Source: Candidatus Hydrogenedentota bacterium (lineage in GTDB: Bacteria > Hydrogenedentota > Hydrogenedentia > Hydrogenedentales > SLHB01). Taken from it: a stretch of DNA of 64,000 nt. The stretch is taken from assembly GCA_963745075.1 (NCBI GenBank), contig CAVUWV010000014.1, positions 192,001 to 256,000 on the forward strand, in the 5' to 3' direction. Shown here piece by piece: positions 48,708 to 58,934 of the stretch. Both the position numbers and the translations under genes were made by a program. How positions within the stretch are numbered: the stretch's first letter is position 1; each line of letters begins with the position of its first letter. Below the pieces are notes generated by a model that was given only the letters and a program-made list of their open reading frames with translations, was not told the origin of the DNA and did no database searches.

Positions 48708-50591
48708 ATGAGTCCGAAAACCGCCATACCATCTGTACGCGTGCTTCCCGAAAACGTGGCGAACAAGATCGCCGCGGGCGAAGTCGTGGAACGTCCCGCG
48801 TCGGTGGTTAAGGAACTCGTCGAGAACGCCGTCGACGCCCACGCCACGCGCATTCAGGTGCGTCTGGTCGCCGCCGGCCGCAGAACGATCGAGGTCTCGG
48901 ACAACGGGCACGGCATGTCGGAACAGGATGCCCTCCTCGCCATCGAACGGCATACCACCAGCAAGATTCGCAAGGCGGCGGACCTGGACAGCATTTCCAC
49001 CATGGGATTCCGCGGCGAAGCGCTGGCCAGTATCGCGGCGGTCGCGAAATTTGAAATGGTGACGCGGCGCGAACGCGACACCTCGGGCACGCGTTTGCGC
49101 GTGGAGGGCGGTGTGCTGCGCGATGTCGAACAGGTTGCCGCGCCCGCCGGCACGCGCGTCACGGTGAACCGCCTCTACTTCAATACGCCCGTCCGCGCCA
49201 AATTCCTTCGTGGCGTTACCACGGAATTGAGTCAATGCATTGACGTGGTGCAACGGCACGCGCTGGCGCAAACTGGCGTCGCGTTCAATCTCTTGCACAA
49301 TGAAAAAGCGTTGCTCGACCTCCCCGAACGCGCCTCGCTGCGGGAGCGTGTGGCGCTCATTTGGGGACTGAATTTTCTCAAGGATCTGGTCGAACTCAAT
49401 GCCGAACGCGGCGGATTTCAGCTCACCGGATTGATCGGTACGCCACAACTCACGCGGTCGCAGCGTTCCCATCAATTCTTTTTTCTGAACCGCCGGCCCG
49501 TCGTGAATCGCTCGCTGCAATTTGGCTTTGAAGACGGATATCGATCCCTTGTGACCGTGGGGCGGCATCCGGTCGGCATCGTCCTAATCCAAACCCATCC
49601 GCGGTTTGTCGACGTGAACATCCATCCGTCCAAACGAGAAATCCGATTCCGCGACGAGCGGGCCGCGCGCGAGACCATGCGCCTTCTTGTCCGGGAGCGG
49701 CTGGCGGATCTGCACCAGGCCCAACAACCTGTTTTCGCGCGGCCGCCGCAGCAGGAGCCGGGATCGGCGCACCCGGCGGCGCCGTTGCCCACTTCCCCGC
49801 CGGCGCCTGCGGCCACGGAAAGCGGGCAGGTCGGTTCGGAACCCGGCGAGGGTCCGGTCCACCACGTTGCGCAAGCGCCCGTAGACGCGCCCCAGGATGT
49901 CAATCCGCTGGAGCGGTACGTGCCTCCCGTCCAAACGGTTTTCGAAGGGGCGGAAGCCGGCGGGCACGTGGAATCGGTCGAACCGGCCGCCGTCTTCCGT
50001 CCCATGGACGCGGTGGGTGATGCGCCGATGCAACTCTTCGACACCTACCTGCTGGTGCCACAGGACGACCGGCTCCTCATCATCGACCAGCACGCCTTAC
50101 ACGAGCGTCTCACCTACGATGCGCTGCGCACGGATCTCGAGGATCACGACTATCAATCGCAGCAACTTGCCGTACCACTGCTGGTCGACGCTCCGCCGTC
50201 TCACGCGCGAATCCTCGAGTCCAACCTCGATCTCTTCTCCAAACTCGGGATCGAAATCGAGCCGTTCGGCGGAGGCACCTATCAGGTCACGGCCATTTGC
50301 CCCCTGTACGAAGAATCGAAGGTGCCCGACATCATCTACCGTATTCTGGACGAACTCGCCCAGGGCGACTTGTTCAGCCGAGAAGATTTCATGGCGGATG
50401 TCCTTCGGTTGGCGGTGGAGGCGTGCCGCGGGTCGGTGAAGGCCGGCGACCGTCTGTCTCACCAGGAGCGCCGCGAGTTGTTGGACGGGTTCCGGCGTAT
50501 GCGGCCTCCCTATACCTGCCCTCACGGCCGTCCCATCATCACCGAGCTGACCCAGATTCAAATGGAAAAGAGCTTCCGGAGACGGCAGTGA
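48708..50591 (+). CDS. mutL: DNA mismatch repair endonuclease MutL
   Basis: IAAGEVVERPASVVKELVEN, GFRGEALASI, DQHALHER endonuclease motif, CPHGRP. Confidence 0.97.
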   Translation: MSPKTAIPSVRVLPENVANKIAAGEVVERPASVVKELVENAVDAHATRIQVRLVAAGRRTIEVSDNGHGMSEQDALLAIERHTTSKIRKAADLDSISTMGFRGEALASIAAVAKFEMVTRRERDTSGTRLRVEGGVLRDVEQVAAPAGTRVTVNRLYFNTPVRAKFLRGVTTELSQCIDVVQRHALAQTGVAFNLLHNEKALLDLPERASLRERVALIWGLNFLKDLVELNAERGGFQLTGLIGTPQLTRSQRSHQFFFLNRRPVVNRSLQFGFEDGYRSLVTVGRHPVGIVLIQTHPRFVDVNIHPSKREIRFRDERAARETMRLLVRERLADLHQAQQPVFARPPQQEPGSAHPAAPLPTSPPAPAATESGQVGSEPGEGPVHHVAQAPVDAPQDVNPLERYVPPVQTVFEGAEAGGHVESVEPAAVFRPMDAVGDAPMQLFDTYLLVPQDDRLLIIDQHALHERLTYDALRTDLEDHDYQSQQLAVPLLVDAPPSHARILESNLDLFSKLGIEIEPFGGGTYQVTAICPLYEESKVPDIIYRILDELAQGDLFSREDFMADVLRLAVEACRGSVKAGDRLSHQERRELLDGFRRMRPPYTCPHGRPIITELTQIQMEKSFRRRQ

Positions 50592-51520
50592 TCTCGGTGC
50601 TCGCGGTAGTGGGCCCTACGGCGTCGGGCAAAACCTCCCTCGCCATCGAGTTAGCCCATCGCCTTCAAACCGAAATCATTTCCGCGGACTCCATGCAGGT
50701 GTATCGAGGCATGGAGATTGGCACCTCGGCTCCCACCCCGGAAGAGTGTGAACGGGTTCGGCACCACCTCGTCGGATTCCTCGACCCGGACCAGCCGTGT
50801 TCGGCGGGGGATTTCGAGCGCATGGCGCGCCCTATCGTCGATACGCTTAATTCTAGCGGCAAGGTAGCCGTGGTTGCGGGCGGCTCCGGACTGTACGTCA
50901 GCGCGCTTATCGACGGCCTCTTTGAAGGTCCCCCGGCCAATCAAGCGATTCGGGACCATCTGCACTCGCAGGCCGAGCATTACGGTGTGGCGCCGTTGTT
51001 CGAACGGCTCCAAAAAACCGACCCGGATTACGCCGAATTGATTCAGCCCAACGACCTGCGCCGGATCGTCCGTGCGCTCGAGGTGCACGAAGTTACGGGC
51101 CGCACCTTAACCAGCCATCATCGGGAACATCAGCGCGAGCGCAATCCCTTGGAAGCGATTCAAGTGGCGCTGGATCTGCCTCGTGACACCTTGTACCGGA
51201 GGATCGATCTGCGCGTGGACCGCATGATCGCCGGAGGTTTCGTCGATGAGGTCCAACGGTTGCTGGATGCAGGGTATGGAGATGCCCTCGAACGCCTGCG
51301 ATCGCTGGGGTATCGGGATTTCGCCGCCTATCTTCGCGGTGAATGTTCCTTTGAGGATGCCCTGGAAGCCATGAAACGGAACACCCGCCGTTTCGCCAAA
51401 CGCCAACTCACGTGGTTCCGGGCCGATCCCCGCATTCACTGGATTCCGGCGTCCGATTCCGGCTCGATCGAGGAGTACATTCAACAGGCTTTGGGGCTGG
51501 GAAGGCTTTCGGACGATTGA
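50588..51520 (+). CDS. miaA: tRNA dimethylallyltransferase
   Basis: GPTASGKT, SADSMQVYRGMEIGT, GGSGLY, TRRFAKRQLTWFR; GTG start overlaps the mutL stop. Confidence 0.96.
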   Translation: MISVLAVVGPTASGKTSLAIELAHRLQTEIISADSMQVYRGMEIGTSAPTPEECERVRHHLVGFLDPDQPCSAGDFERMARPIVDTLNSSGKVAVVAGGSGLYVSALIDGLFEGPPANQAIRDHLHSQAEHYGVAPLFERLQKTDPDYAELIQPNDLRRIVRALEVHEVTGRTLTSHHREHQRERNPLEAIQVALDLPRDTLYRRIDLRVDRMIAGGFVDEVQRLLDAGYGDALERLRSLGYRDFAAYLRGECSFEDALEAMKRNTRRFAKRQLTWFRADPRIHWIPASDSGSIEEYIQQALGLGRLSDD

Positions 51521-51553
51521 ATTCGGCGCCGTGCGATCGCGTGGCGTCCCGCA

Positions 51554-52141
51554 TTACCCCGCGACACGGCGATCGTGTACCCCAGACTCACACACCACAA
51601 AGTCCACCGGCCGATCGCGGGGTTCCGTAGGGAGCGAAGCGTAGAGTTGAAAGTCGAACGCTAGACCGATGGACACCCCAGGGAAATCGCTCAAAAATCG
51701 GTCAAAGTAACCGCCGCCGTATCCGATGCGGGTTCCCTTCGCGGTAAACAAAATTCCGGGCGCCAGAACCACCGTCGCCGCCGAAAACGTATCGATCGGT
51801 TCACCGCGTTCCGGCGGCTCCAGGATGTTGAACCGGCCAACTTGCAGGTCTGAAAGGTCGTGGATTTCGCGCCACACAATGATCCCGCGCTCCGTCGTCA
51901 CTGGCGCGCCGACGCGGCGGCCCGCCCGTAGCAACGATTCAATGAGAGGCCGCGTGTCCACCTCCTTGTCCCGATTCGCCACGTAGGTGAGAACGAGGGG
52001 AGCAACGCGGAACGCAACGACGGTTCCAAGCTGCACGACCACGTCTTTGCTGCGCCGCGCCCACTCCGAGTCTGACAGTGCGCGCCGTCGCGCCAAGCCG
52101 TGTTTCCGCAACACCGCTTTTTCCGCCAGGGTTGTCGACAC
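51554..52141 (-). CDS. ygfA: 5-formyltetrahydrofolate cyclo-ligase
   Basis: EVDT, FNILEP, PG..F...G.RIGYGGGYFDRFL, D.PVD. Confidence 0.92.
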   Translation of the reverse strand: MSTTLAEKAVLRKHGLARRRALSDSEWARRSKDVVVQLGTVVAFRVAPLVLTYVANRDKEVDTRPLIESLLRAGRRVGAPVTTERGIIVWREIHDLSDLQVGRFNILEPPERGEPIDTFSAATVVLAPGILFTAKGTRIGYGGGYFDRFLSDFPGVSIGLAFDFQLYASLPTEPRDRPVDFVVCESGVHDRRVAG

Positions 52142-52378
52142 CGATACCTCCTCCCGTCACGTACCGCGCTGCTTCGAGTGGACCCATACTCCCGCATCGA
52201 CCCTGTACGCTGCAACACAGGGTGTCCGGAACGTACAGGCGTCCATGCTTACGGTATGCAGATTCTTCCTGGTTCCGGCAGCGTTTTCCCGTCCAATTTG
52301 GTTTCTAGCTGGTTGGCCGGCGGGGAAAAAGCGCGCGATTCCTCCGAAAAACGCGCTGAAATCGCACTGCTCGCAGAT

Positions 52379-52394
52379 TGGCATAGCAGTTGCA
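52379..52394 (+). promoter_or_regulatory. sigma54 (-24/-12) promoter of the flg operon
   Basis: TGGCAT-AGCAG-TTGCA, matching GG-N10-GC. Confidence 0.8.
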
Positions 52395-52570
52395 CTTCCG
52401 GCAGCAGGTCTGTCCCATAGCAGGCCTACCGTGAGTGGTTGGCCCGGCGGAGGCAACGTTCTCCCTAAACGTTGTCTCACCATCCCAAAACGCCCGCCGG
52501 GCCTCCGGGGATTACGCCTTCGGGCGATTTTAATAGAAGCTGAATCAACCAACATGGGGGCCAGCCCAAC

Positions 52571-53329
52571 ATGATTCAAGGGCTCTACGCCGCAGCAACG
52601 GGAATGATCGCGTTGGAGGAACGCCACGCGGTGGTCGCCAACAACCTCGCAAATGCGGCGACCAACGGGTTCAAGCGCCAAAACGCTATCCCGGAAGGCT
52701 TTTACGAAGTCTTCCTGGGAAAGATGGGCACCCCCCAGATTCTCGATGCGGAACGGGGACCCGGCGGCGGACTCAAGACCTTTGAAACCTACTCTGACTT
52801 TTCCAGCGGCCCGCTGCAAACCACGGGGGATCCATTGAACGCCGCCCTTATGGGGCCGGGATTCTTCGCGGTGTCCACACCGAACGGCGATCGGTTCACG
52901 CGAGACGGCGCGTTTACGATCGATGCCGACGGGCAGCTCGCCACCACGGAAGGATACAAGGTTCAAGGCGCCGGCGGTGGCGGAATCGACGTGTCCGGCG
53001 GATCGGCCCAAATCGACGAAAATGGCGTTGTGTGGGTCGACGGCGTTCAAACGGGGCAACTCGGCATCACCGAATTTGCCGACCCGCAATTGCTCCAGCG
53101 GGAAGGCGACAATCTGTACGCCGCTCCGCAGGAAGCATTGACCCAATCCGCTCCCGCCACGGAAACAATGGTCGCGCCAAAATCCCTCGAAGCATCCAAC
53201 GTGAAGGTTCCCGTGGAGATGGCCCAGATGATCCTGGGGCTTCGTGCCTATACGGCCAACCAGAAAGTGATCAACGCGGTTGATGAAACCGTCGGACGAT
53301 TGATAAGCGATGTTGGTTCACCGGTCTAG
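52571..53329 (+). CDS. flgF: flagellar basal-body rod protein FlgF
   Basis: GLYAAATGM..ANNLANAAT.GFK, TGDPL, TRDGAF, LEASNV; precedes flgG. Confidence 0.88.
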   Translation: MIQGLYAAATGMIALEERHAVVANNLANAATNGFKRQNAIPEGFYEVFLGKMGTPQILDAERGPGGGLKTFETYSDFSSGPLQTTGDPLNAALMGPGFFAVSTPNGDRFTRDGAFTIDADGQLATTEGYKVQGAGGGGIDVSGGSAQIDENGVVWVDGVQTGQLGITEFADPQLLQREGDNLYAAPQEALTQSAPATETMVAPKSLEASNVKVPVEMAQMILGLRAYTANQKVINAVDETVGRLISDVGSPV

Positions 53330-53344
53330 TAAGGAGTTGAACGT

Positions 53345-54136
53345 ATGATTCGCGCACTGTTTACGGCAGCCACCGGCATGGTGGGGCAGCAGACCAATAT
53401 CGACACCATCGCGAATAACCTCGCGAACGTGAACACGACGAGCTTCAAAAAGAGCCGTGTCAACTTCAAAGATCTCTACTACGAGACCGTACGTCCGGCC
53501 GGTACGCAAACTTCCGTGGGCGAGGTGCTTCCCGAAGGCATTCAAATCGGGCACGGCGTACGGCCCGCGTCCGTGGCTAAACTCTTCACCCAGGGAAATC
53601 TGATTCAAACCGGAAACTCCCTGGACCTTGCCATTGAAGGCGATGGATTCTTTCAGGTCGATCTTCCGGATGGCACTACGGGGTACACACGGGACGGCAG
53701 CTTTCGCATCAACAACAACGGAACCGTGGTCACGGTGGACGGTTTCCCCCTGACACCGGGCATCACGATTCCCACCGATGCGGTGGAAGTCAGTATCGGC
53801 CAGGACGGCGTCGTTGAGGCCACCACGCAAGGGGTCGCCACACCGACCAACTTGGGGCAGATTCAGCTTGTACGATTCATCAATAACGGCGGGCTCGACG
53901 CGCGGCTCGGGCACAACGTTCTGCAAGAAACCGAGGCCTCGGGTCCGCCAGTTACCGGCCAGCCAGGCCTGAACGGAAATGGCATGCTCGTACAAGGTTT
54001 CCTCGAGAATTCCAACGTTCAAGTAGTCGAAGAGATCCTCAATTTGATTATCGCGCAGCGCGCGTACGAAGCAAACTCGAAGGTCATCCAGACCTCCGAC
54101 GAAATGCTGCAAGTCGCGAATAACGTTAGACGGTAG
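53345..54136 (+). CDS. flgG: flagellar distal rod protein FlgG
   Basis: IANNLANVNT, QIGHGVR, DLAIEGDGFFQV, QGFLENSNV, AQRAYEANSK. Confidence 0.95.
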   Translation: MIRALFTAATGMVGQQTNIDTIANNLANVNTTSFKKSRVNFKDLYYETVRPAGTQTSVGEVLPEGIQIGHGVRPASVAKLFTQGNLIQTGNSLDLAIEGDGFFQVDLPDGTTGYTRDGSFRINNNGTVVTVDGFPLTPGITIPTDAVEVSIGQDGVVEATTQGVATPTNLGQIQLVRFINNGGLDARLGHNVLQETEASGPPVTGQPGLNGNGMLVQGFLENSNVQVVEEILNLIIAQRAYEANSKVIQTSDEMLQVANNVRR

Positions 54137-54156
54137 CAGGGCAGGGGACTAGCAGA

Positions 54157-55107
54157 ATGAAAACACTCCTCGGAACCGCGGGCATGATACTCGCTCTGGC
54201 AACCATGGCAATCGCCGCACATGGCGATACCGTCATGCTCAAGACAGAAGCGTATGTCAAAGGACCGGAGATCACGCTCGGCGACCTCGCAGACATCGAA
54301 GGCGACAACGTCAAGGCGCTGTCCAGCGTCGGTCTCGGAAATGCCGCAACCCCGGGTGACTCCAAGCGCATCGACGCCAGTCTCGTCAAAACCCGGATCG
54401 AGAATGCGGGCATTTCCACCGATTCGCTGGATATCAAGGGCCCCGGCTCTGTCGTGGCAAAAACGCTTTACGTAGACATTACCTCCGACTTGCTGGCTAC
54501 CGACCTGCGTACCTTTATCGAAGGCGAAATGCCTTGGACCTTAGACCAGGCCGCCATCGACATCGTTGCGCCAAACCAGGAGATTATCGTGCCGGACGGG
54601 GAGGTCGAGATTCGCTGGTGGCCGAATCCCCAGTATCGTTGGGTGGGTCCTGGCGTGTTTCGCGGCGAAGTGCACGTCGACGGGGACGTGAAACGAACCG
54701 TCCTGGTGCGCGCCCAAATCGAAGCGTATGCGGATGTCTTGGTGGCCTCCACGGATATCCCCCGCGGATCGCTGGTTTCCCCCGCAGACCTACAGGTGGA
54801 AAAGCGCGCCATGTCGCAAATGAAGTCCGGCGCCCTTCTCAACGCAAGCGATGCCGTGGGACAGGTCGCCCGGAGCACGATCTTTCCCGGCCAGGTAATC
54901 ACCAAGCGCCAACTCATGGCACGCCAACTCATAAAGCGCAATCAGGTTGTCACGGTAGAGGCCCGCGCAGGTGGTCTTGTGATACGGTCTCAAGCCCGTG
55001 CCCTAATGAACGGAAGCGAAGGGGATTTTGTCACCTGCATGAACCTTGACTCCAAAGAGCAGTTCCAGGGAATTGTGCGGAAGGACGGGGTCGTCATTGT
55101 TGACTAA
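54157..55107 (+). CDS. flgA: P-ring assembly chaperone FlgA
   Basis: Signal peptide, ITLGDLA, SAF domain (DIPRG..V...DL), ARAL..G..GD....N..S. Confidence 0.9.
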   Translation: MKTLLGTAGMILALATMAIAAHGDTVMLKTEAYVKGPEITLGDLADIEGDNVKALSSVGLGNAATPGDSKRIDASLVKTRIENAGISTDSLDIKGPGSVVAKTLYVDITSDLLATDLRTFIEGEMPWTLDQAAIDIVAPNQEIIVPDGEVEIRWWPNPQYRWVGPGVFRGEVHVDGDVKRTVLVRAQIEAYADVLVASTDIPRGSLVSPADLQVEKRAMSQMKSGALLNASDAVGQVARSTIFPGQVITKRQLMARQLIKRNQVVTVEARAGGLVIRSQARALMNGSEGDFVTCMNLDSKEQFQGIVRKDGVVIVD

Positions 55108-55120
55108 AGGAGGAGAACTC

Positions 55121-55753
55121 GTGCGTTTCGTAACGATCGGGCTGTTGGTGCTCTTGCCCTGCGCTATGGCGTTTGGAGACTCCCTGTTCACACAGGAAGT
55201 GGCCAAAGAAGGCACTCTCGTGTCCCTCAAGAAGGCCAAGTTTGAGAAAGGGGACATCGTCACGGTGCTGGTCCACGAAACGATCGATGCCCAAACCGAC
55301 TCCAACACCAACACGAAGAAAGAATCCGACGTGCAATCCGAAGCAGGCGAATCCGACAACGAATTCCTTGTCTCTCCCAAGCCCGACGGATTTGGGATTA
55401 CAACCGCGGGAAAACTTCCGAACTGGGATTTTCAGACAAACAACGAACAACGGACAAGGGGGTTGACCCAACGCAAGAACCGTCTCATCACGACGATTAG
55501 TTGCGTCGTTACGGAAGTTTTTGACAATGGTAACGTGCAGTTGGAAGGCGAAAAGATCGTCAGCGTAAACCGCGAGGATTCGCGTATCGCCGTGAAGGGT
55601 GTCGCTCGGGCACGCGACATCGAGCCGGACAATACGATTGACTCTGCCAAGATCGCTAACGCGGTCGTGGAATTGAAGGGCCGGGGTCCCCTTTGGAACA
55701 GTCAGCGGCGCGGTCTGATCACCCGGTTCCTGGACTGGTTCTCGCCATATTGA
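55121..55753 (+). CDS. flgH: flagellar L-ring protein FlgH
   Basis: GDIVTVLVHE, VTEVFDNGNVQLEGEK, GVARARDI..DNTIDS..IANA. Confidence 0.92.
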   Translation: MRFVTIGLLVLLPCAMAFGDSLFTQEVAKEGTLVSLKKAKFEKGDIVTVLVHETIDAQTDSNTNTKKESDVQSEAGESDNEFLVSPKPDGFGITTAGKLPNWDFQTNNEQRTRGLTQRKNRLITTISCVVTEVFDNGNVQLEGEKIVSVNREDSRIAVKGVARARDIEPDNTIDSAKIANAVVELKGRGPLWNSQRRGLITRFLDWFSPY

Positions 55754-55764
55754 GGGACGTGAGG

Positions 55765-56892
55765 ATGCGAATGCGCTTCATACAGCTTCTAATTGTGGGC
55801 CTGCTGTTCGCGGTGTCGCCGGTACCAGTTGCGCGCGCGGCACGAATCAAGGATATCTGCGATATCCAGGGCGCCCGCGGCAACCCCCTTAAGGGCATTG
55901 GACTGGTGGTCGGCCTCGCCGGCACGGGGGACAAGAACGCCGATTCCGTGCGCCGCCAACTGCGCATGCTCGAACGTTTCGATATCGAGGTGGACAAGTT
56001 TGTCGACCTCGTCTCCGAGAATACGGCCGTCGTCATGGTCGATGCGACGTTTCCGGCCTTTGCGAAAGAAGGCACCCGTATTGACGTCCGGGTCAGCTCC
56101 ATCGGCGATTGTGAAAGTCTCGAAGGCGGAACCTTAACGGAAACCTACCTTTACGGCCCGGGGACCGCGGGCCCCGACAGTACGGTCTACGCACTGGCGC
56201 AAGGTCCGGTTTCGATCGGAGGGTTCAATGCCGAAGCCGGTGGTGGCGGAGGTTCCGCGGCCGTGCGAAAGAACCATACGACGGCCGGCCGAATTCCCAT
56301 GGGCGCCTATATCGAGCGGGAGATCCCATCCACCATCACTGATGGGGAACGGGTCACGCTACAACTGAAACGGGCGGACTTCCGCACCGCGGATAACATT
56401 CGCCTGGCCGTGGACGGAGAATTCGGGGTGGGCAGCGCCTCGGCTTTGAGTGCGAGCACCATCAACGTCCGCATCCCCGACGAGGAGAAGAGTCACCTGA
56501 TTAGCTTCATTGCGAAGTTGGAGGATCTCGATGTCAATGCGGATCTGCCGGCGCGCGTCGTCATCAACGAGCGCACCGGGACACTCGTCGTGGGTGGCGA
56601 GGTGATGATCAAACCTTGCGAGGTCGCCCACGGGAACCTGACCATCGAAGTGGCAACGACGCCGGCAGTCAGTCAGCCCGAACCCCTCAGTGAAGGGGAA
56701 ACGGTTGAGACCGCCACCACCGACGTGCTCGCGGTGGAAGAGCCCGGCGCGCTGATGCCGGTGAACGGAACGTCTGCCGCGTCGGTCGCCAAAGCCCTGA
56801 ATCGCCTGAAGGTCACCCCGCGAGACATGATATCCATCTTCCAGGCGTTGCGTGAGGCGGGCGCGATGGACGCGGACCTGGAGATCATGTAG
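55765..56892 (+). CDS. flgI: flagellar P-ring protein FlgI
   Basis: RIKDI..G.R.N.L.G.GLVVGLAGTGD, VVINERTGT, QALREAGA. Confidence 0.95.
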   Translation: MRMRFIQLLIVGLLFAVSPVPVARAARIKDICDIQGARGNPLKGIGLVVGLAGTGDKNADSVRRQLRMLERFDIEVDKFVDLVSENTAVVMVDATFPAFAKEGTRIDVRVSSIGDCESLEGGTLTETYLYGPGTAGPDSTVYALAQGPVSIGGFNAEAGGGGGSAAVRKNHTTAGRIPMGAYIEREIPSTITDGERVTLQLKRADFRTADNIRLAVDGEFGVGSASALSASTINVRIPDEEKSHLISFIAKLEDLDVNADLPARVVINERTGTLVVGGEVMIKPCEVAHGNLTIEVATTPAVSQPEPLSEGETVETATTDVLAVEEPGALMPVNGTSAASVAKALNRLKVTPRDMISIFQALREAGAMDADLEIM

Positions 56893-57245
56893 TGCTCTAC
56901 GTCAATCCTATCAATTCGCCCTTTATCCAGCGAGCGGACGCGGCCTTGGCGAGCGCTTCCCGCAAGGAGACGGCGTTTCGCGAGATGGAGCACTTCTTCG
57001 CCTACATGCTGTTGCAGGAAATGCAGAAAACCGTACCGAAAGACGGCCTGCTCGATGACGGCGGCCTCCAGTCGGATTTCCAGCGGGACATGTTCAACGA
57101 TATTGCCGCCGGAAAGATCGCGGAAAGCGGTCAACTCGGTATCGCCAAGATCATGGAGGACCAGCTCCGGGTCCAGAACATGCAGAAGCAAATACTTAAA
57201 GGCATCATGCCCGGCCAGGGCAATACCCTGAAGCTCGGGGCTTAA
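56892..57245 (+). CDS. flgJ: FlgJ rod-binding domain only (no muramidase)
   Basis: EMEHFF..MLLQEMQKTVP..GL....F..M....IA..GQLGIAK; position after flgI. Confidence 0.8.
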   Translation: MLYVNPINSPFIQRADAALASASRKETAFREMEHFFAYMLLQEMQKTVPKDGLLDDGGLQSDFQRDMFNDIAAGKIAESGQLGIAKIMEDQLRVQNMQKQILKGIMPGQGNTLKLGA

Positions 57246-57269
57246 GAGATCCCTCAATCGTGCCGATAA
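57243..57269 (+). promoter_or_regulatory. sigma28 (FliA) promoter
   Basis: TAAG-N15-GCCGATAA directly upstream of flgN. Confidence 0.8.
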
Positions 57270-57293
57270 GGGTATGGAACGGAGGGTTACCGC

Positions 57294-57800
57294 GTGAATG
57301 AATTGTTCGAAACACTGTGCGATCTACTGGACGACGAGGTGGAACGGCAGGAGAATGTCCTGACCGTCTGCAACGCCCAACGGGAGGCGGTAATAGCGCG
57401 GGATCTCGATGCCATCGCGGCCCGAACCGGTGCGCTGGAAGTGCTGATTCGCGACTCGATCCAGGCGCAAACAGAACGGCACAAGATCCTGCGTCCCATC
57501 GTGGAACACTTTGGTCTCGAGCCGGAACAGCAAACCATGACCCATCTAATCGAAGTCACCCCGGAGCCGTGGAAGACGCGACTGGCGGACCTGCAAACCC
57601 GCATGCGGAGCACAGTGGAAAAAACGCGGCTGGCGGTTCGCGCCAATGCTAAGGTGGCCCGCCGTTCCAAGCGAATGACCGACGATTTGATTCGCGCCCT
57701 GCGGCACGAGCACCGCCATCAGCAAAACGGGTATTGCGAACACGGCACGGAAGAGGCTGCCGGGACGGGAACTCCGGTCCTCATGGATCGGCGCGGGTAA
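57294..57800 (+). CDS. flgN: flagellar export chaperone FlgN
   Basis: Helical pattern L..LL..E......L......QREAV..RD; position and sigma28 promoter. Confidence 0.8.
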   Translation: MNELFETLCDLLDDEVERQENVLTVCNAQREAVIARDLDAIAARTGALEVLIRDSIQAQTERHKILRPIVEHFGLEPEQQTMTHLIEVTPEPWKTRLADLQTRMRSTVEKTRLAVRANAKVARRSKRMTDDLIRALRHEHRHQQNGYCEHGTEEAAGTGTPVLMDRRG

Positions 57801-57809
57801 GGTACGATC

Positions 57810-58724
57810 GTGGGCATTCTACGCGTTACACAAAACATCATCGCACAGCGGGCTCTTACGAACATTCAAAACCAGAGCCGCCGCATTCTTGACCTGCAAA
57901 CGCAGCTTGCGAGCGGTCTCCGCGTGAACTCGCCTTCCGACGATCCCATCGACGCGCGCCGAGCGATCAATGCCCGGGCAGCCATTGCCAAGAACGAGCA
58001 ATACTTGGCCAATATCTCGGCTGCCGGCCCGCGACTCGAAGAGACCGTCACCTCGATTCAAACCATGGCGGACAATCTCTTGCGCGCGCGGGAACTCACG
58101 GTGCAAGGGGCCAATGGCACAAATGATCAGACCGCTCTCGATGCAATCGCCGAAGAGATTAACCAGATTCTCGAGTCCGCGGTAAATACGGCCAACCACC
58201 AGACCGGCGACCTGTACATTTTTGGCGGGACGCGCACCAAGACCCAACCTTTCGACGTCACGCGCGACGCAAACGGCGACATCACGGCGGTGACCTACCA
58301 AGGCAATCAGGAGCGCATCCCGGTGACGGTCGGTGATGGATTAACGGTACCGACAAATGAGGTTGGTTCCGCGGTCTTTCAGGGATCGCAGGACATCTTT
58401 CAAACCCTGATCGATATTCGGGATGACCTGCGAGCCGGCGATCAGGCCAGCCTTCAAAACACCCGGCTCACCGAGTTGGAGACCGCGCGCCAGCAACTCA
58501 GCCAGGCCCAGTCCCGGGTTGGCTCCGTACAGAACCGCCTCGACCGGACCCAGCTCGAGATTGAGGATTTTCAAGTTCAGTTGCAGCAGGTGTTGTCGGA
58601 TTCCGTCGATGCCGATTTTGCCGACGTCATTATCAATCTCAACTCGCAGAGCAACGCATTTCAGGCCGCTCTGAGTGCCGGCGCTCGCATCATCCAGCCT
58701 AGCCTGCTCGATTTTCTCGGATAG
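57810..58724 (+). CDS. flgL: hook-associated protein 3 FlgL
   Basis: QLASGLRVNSPSDDP, YIFGGTRT..QPF, ends IIQPSLLDFL. Confidence 0.92.
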   Translation: MGILRVTQNIIAQRALTNIQNQSRRILDLQTQLASGLRVNSPSDDPIDARRAINARAAIAKNEQYLANISAAGPRLEETVTSIQTMADNLLRARELTVQGANGTNDQTALDAIAEEINQILESAVNTANHQTGDLYIFGGTRTKTQPFDVTRDANGDITAVTYQGNQERIPVTVGDGLTVPTNEVGSAVFQGSQDIFQTLIDIRDDLRAGDQASLQNTRLTELETARQQLSQAQSRVGSVQNRLDRTQLEIEDFQVQLQQVLSDSVDADFADVIINLNSQSNAFQAALSAGARIIQPSLLDFLG

Positions 58725-58934
58725 CCGACCCCATTGCCGGTTCGCTTCCACCCGTTGCTGTCCGTGTGCGAGCCGCTTTGATCCGGACCCCCTTCCTTCG
58801 GATACAATTACCCGATAGGCAACGAACCGAAATGACGCCGTTCCACTGCTGCCCTGTGCGTCAATTGGTGAAGGGCGCTGGGAGTTTTTGCATAGACCGG
58901 GCACAACCTGGATTCGCAATCGGGAGCACCATCC

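Noticed and set aside
52142..52380. 6S RNA upstream of ygfA
   Set aside because: The synteny is suggestive, but I could not find a long irregular hairpin with a central bubble on the minus strand; an Rfam scan would settle it
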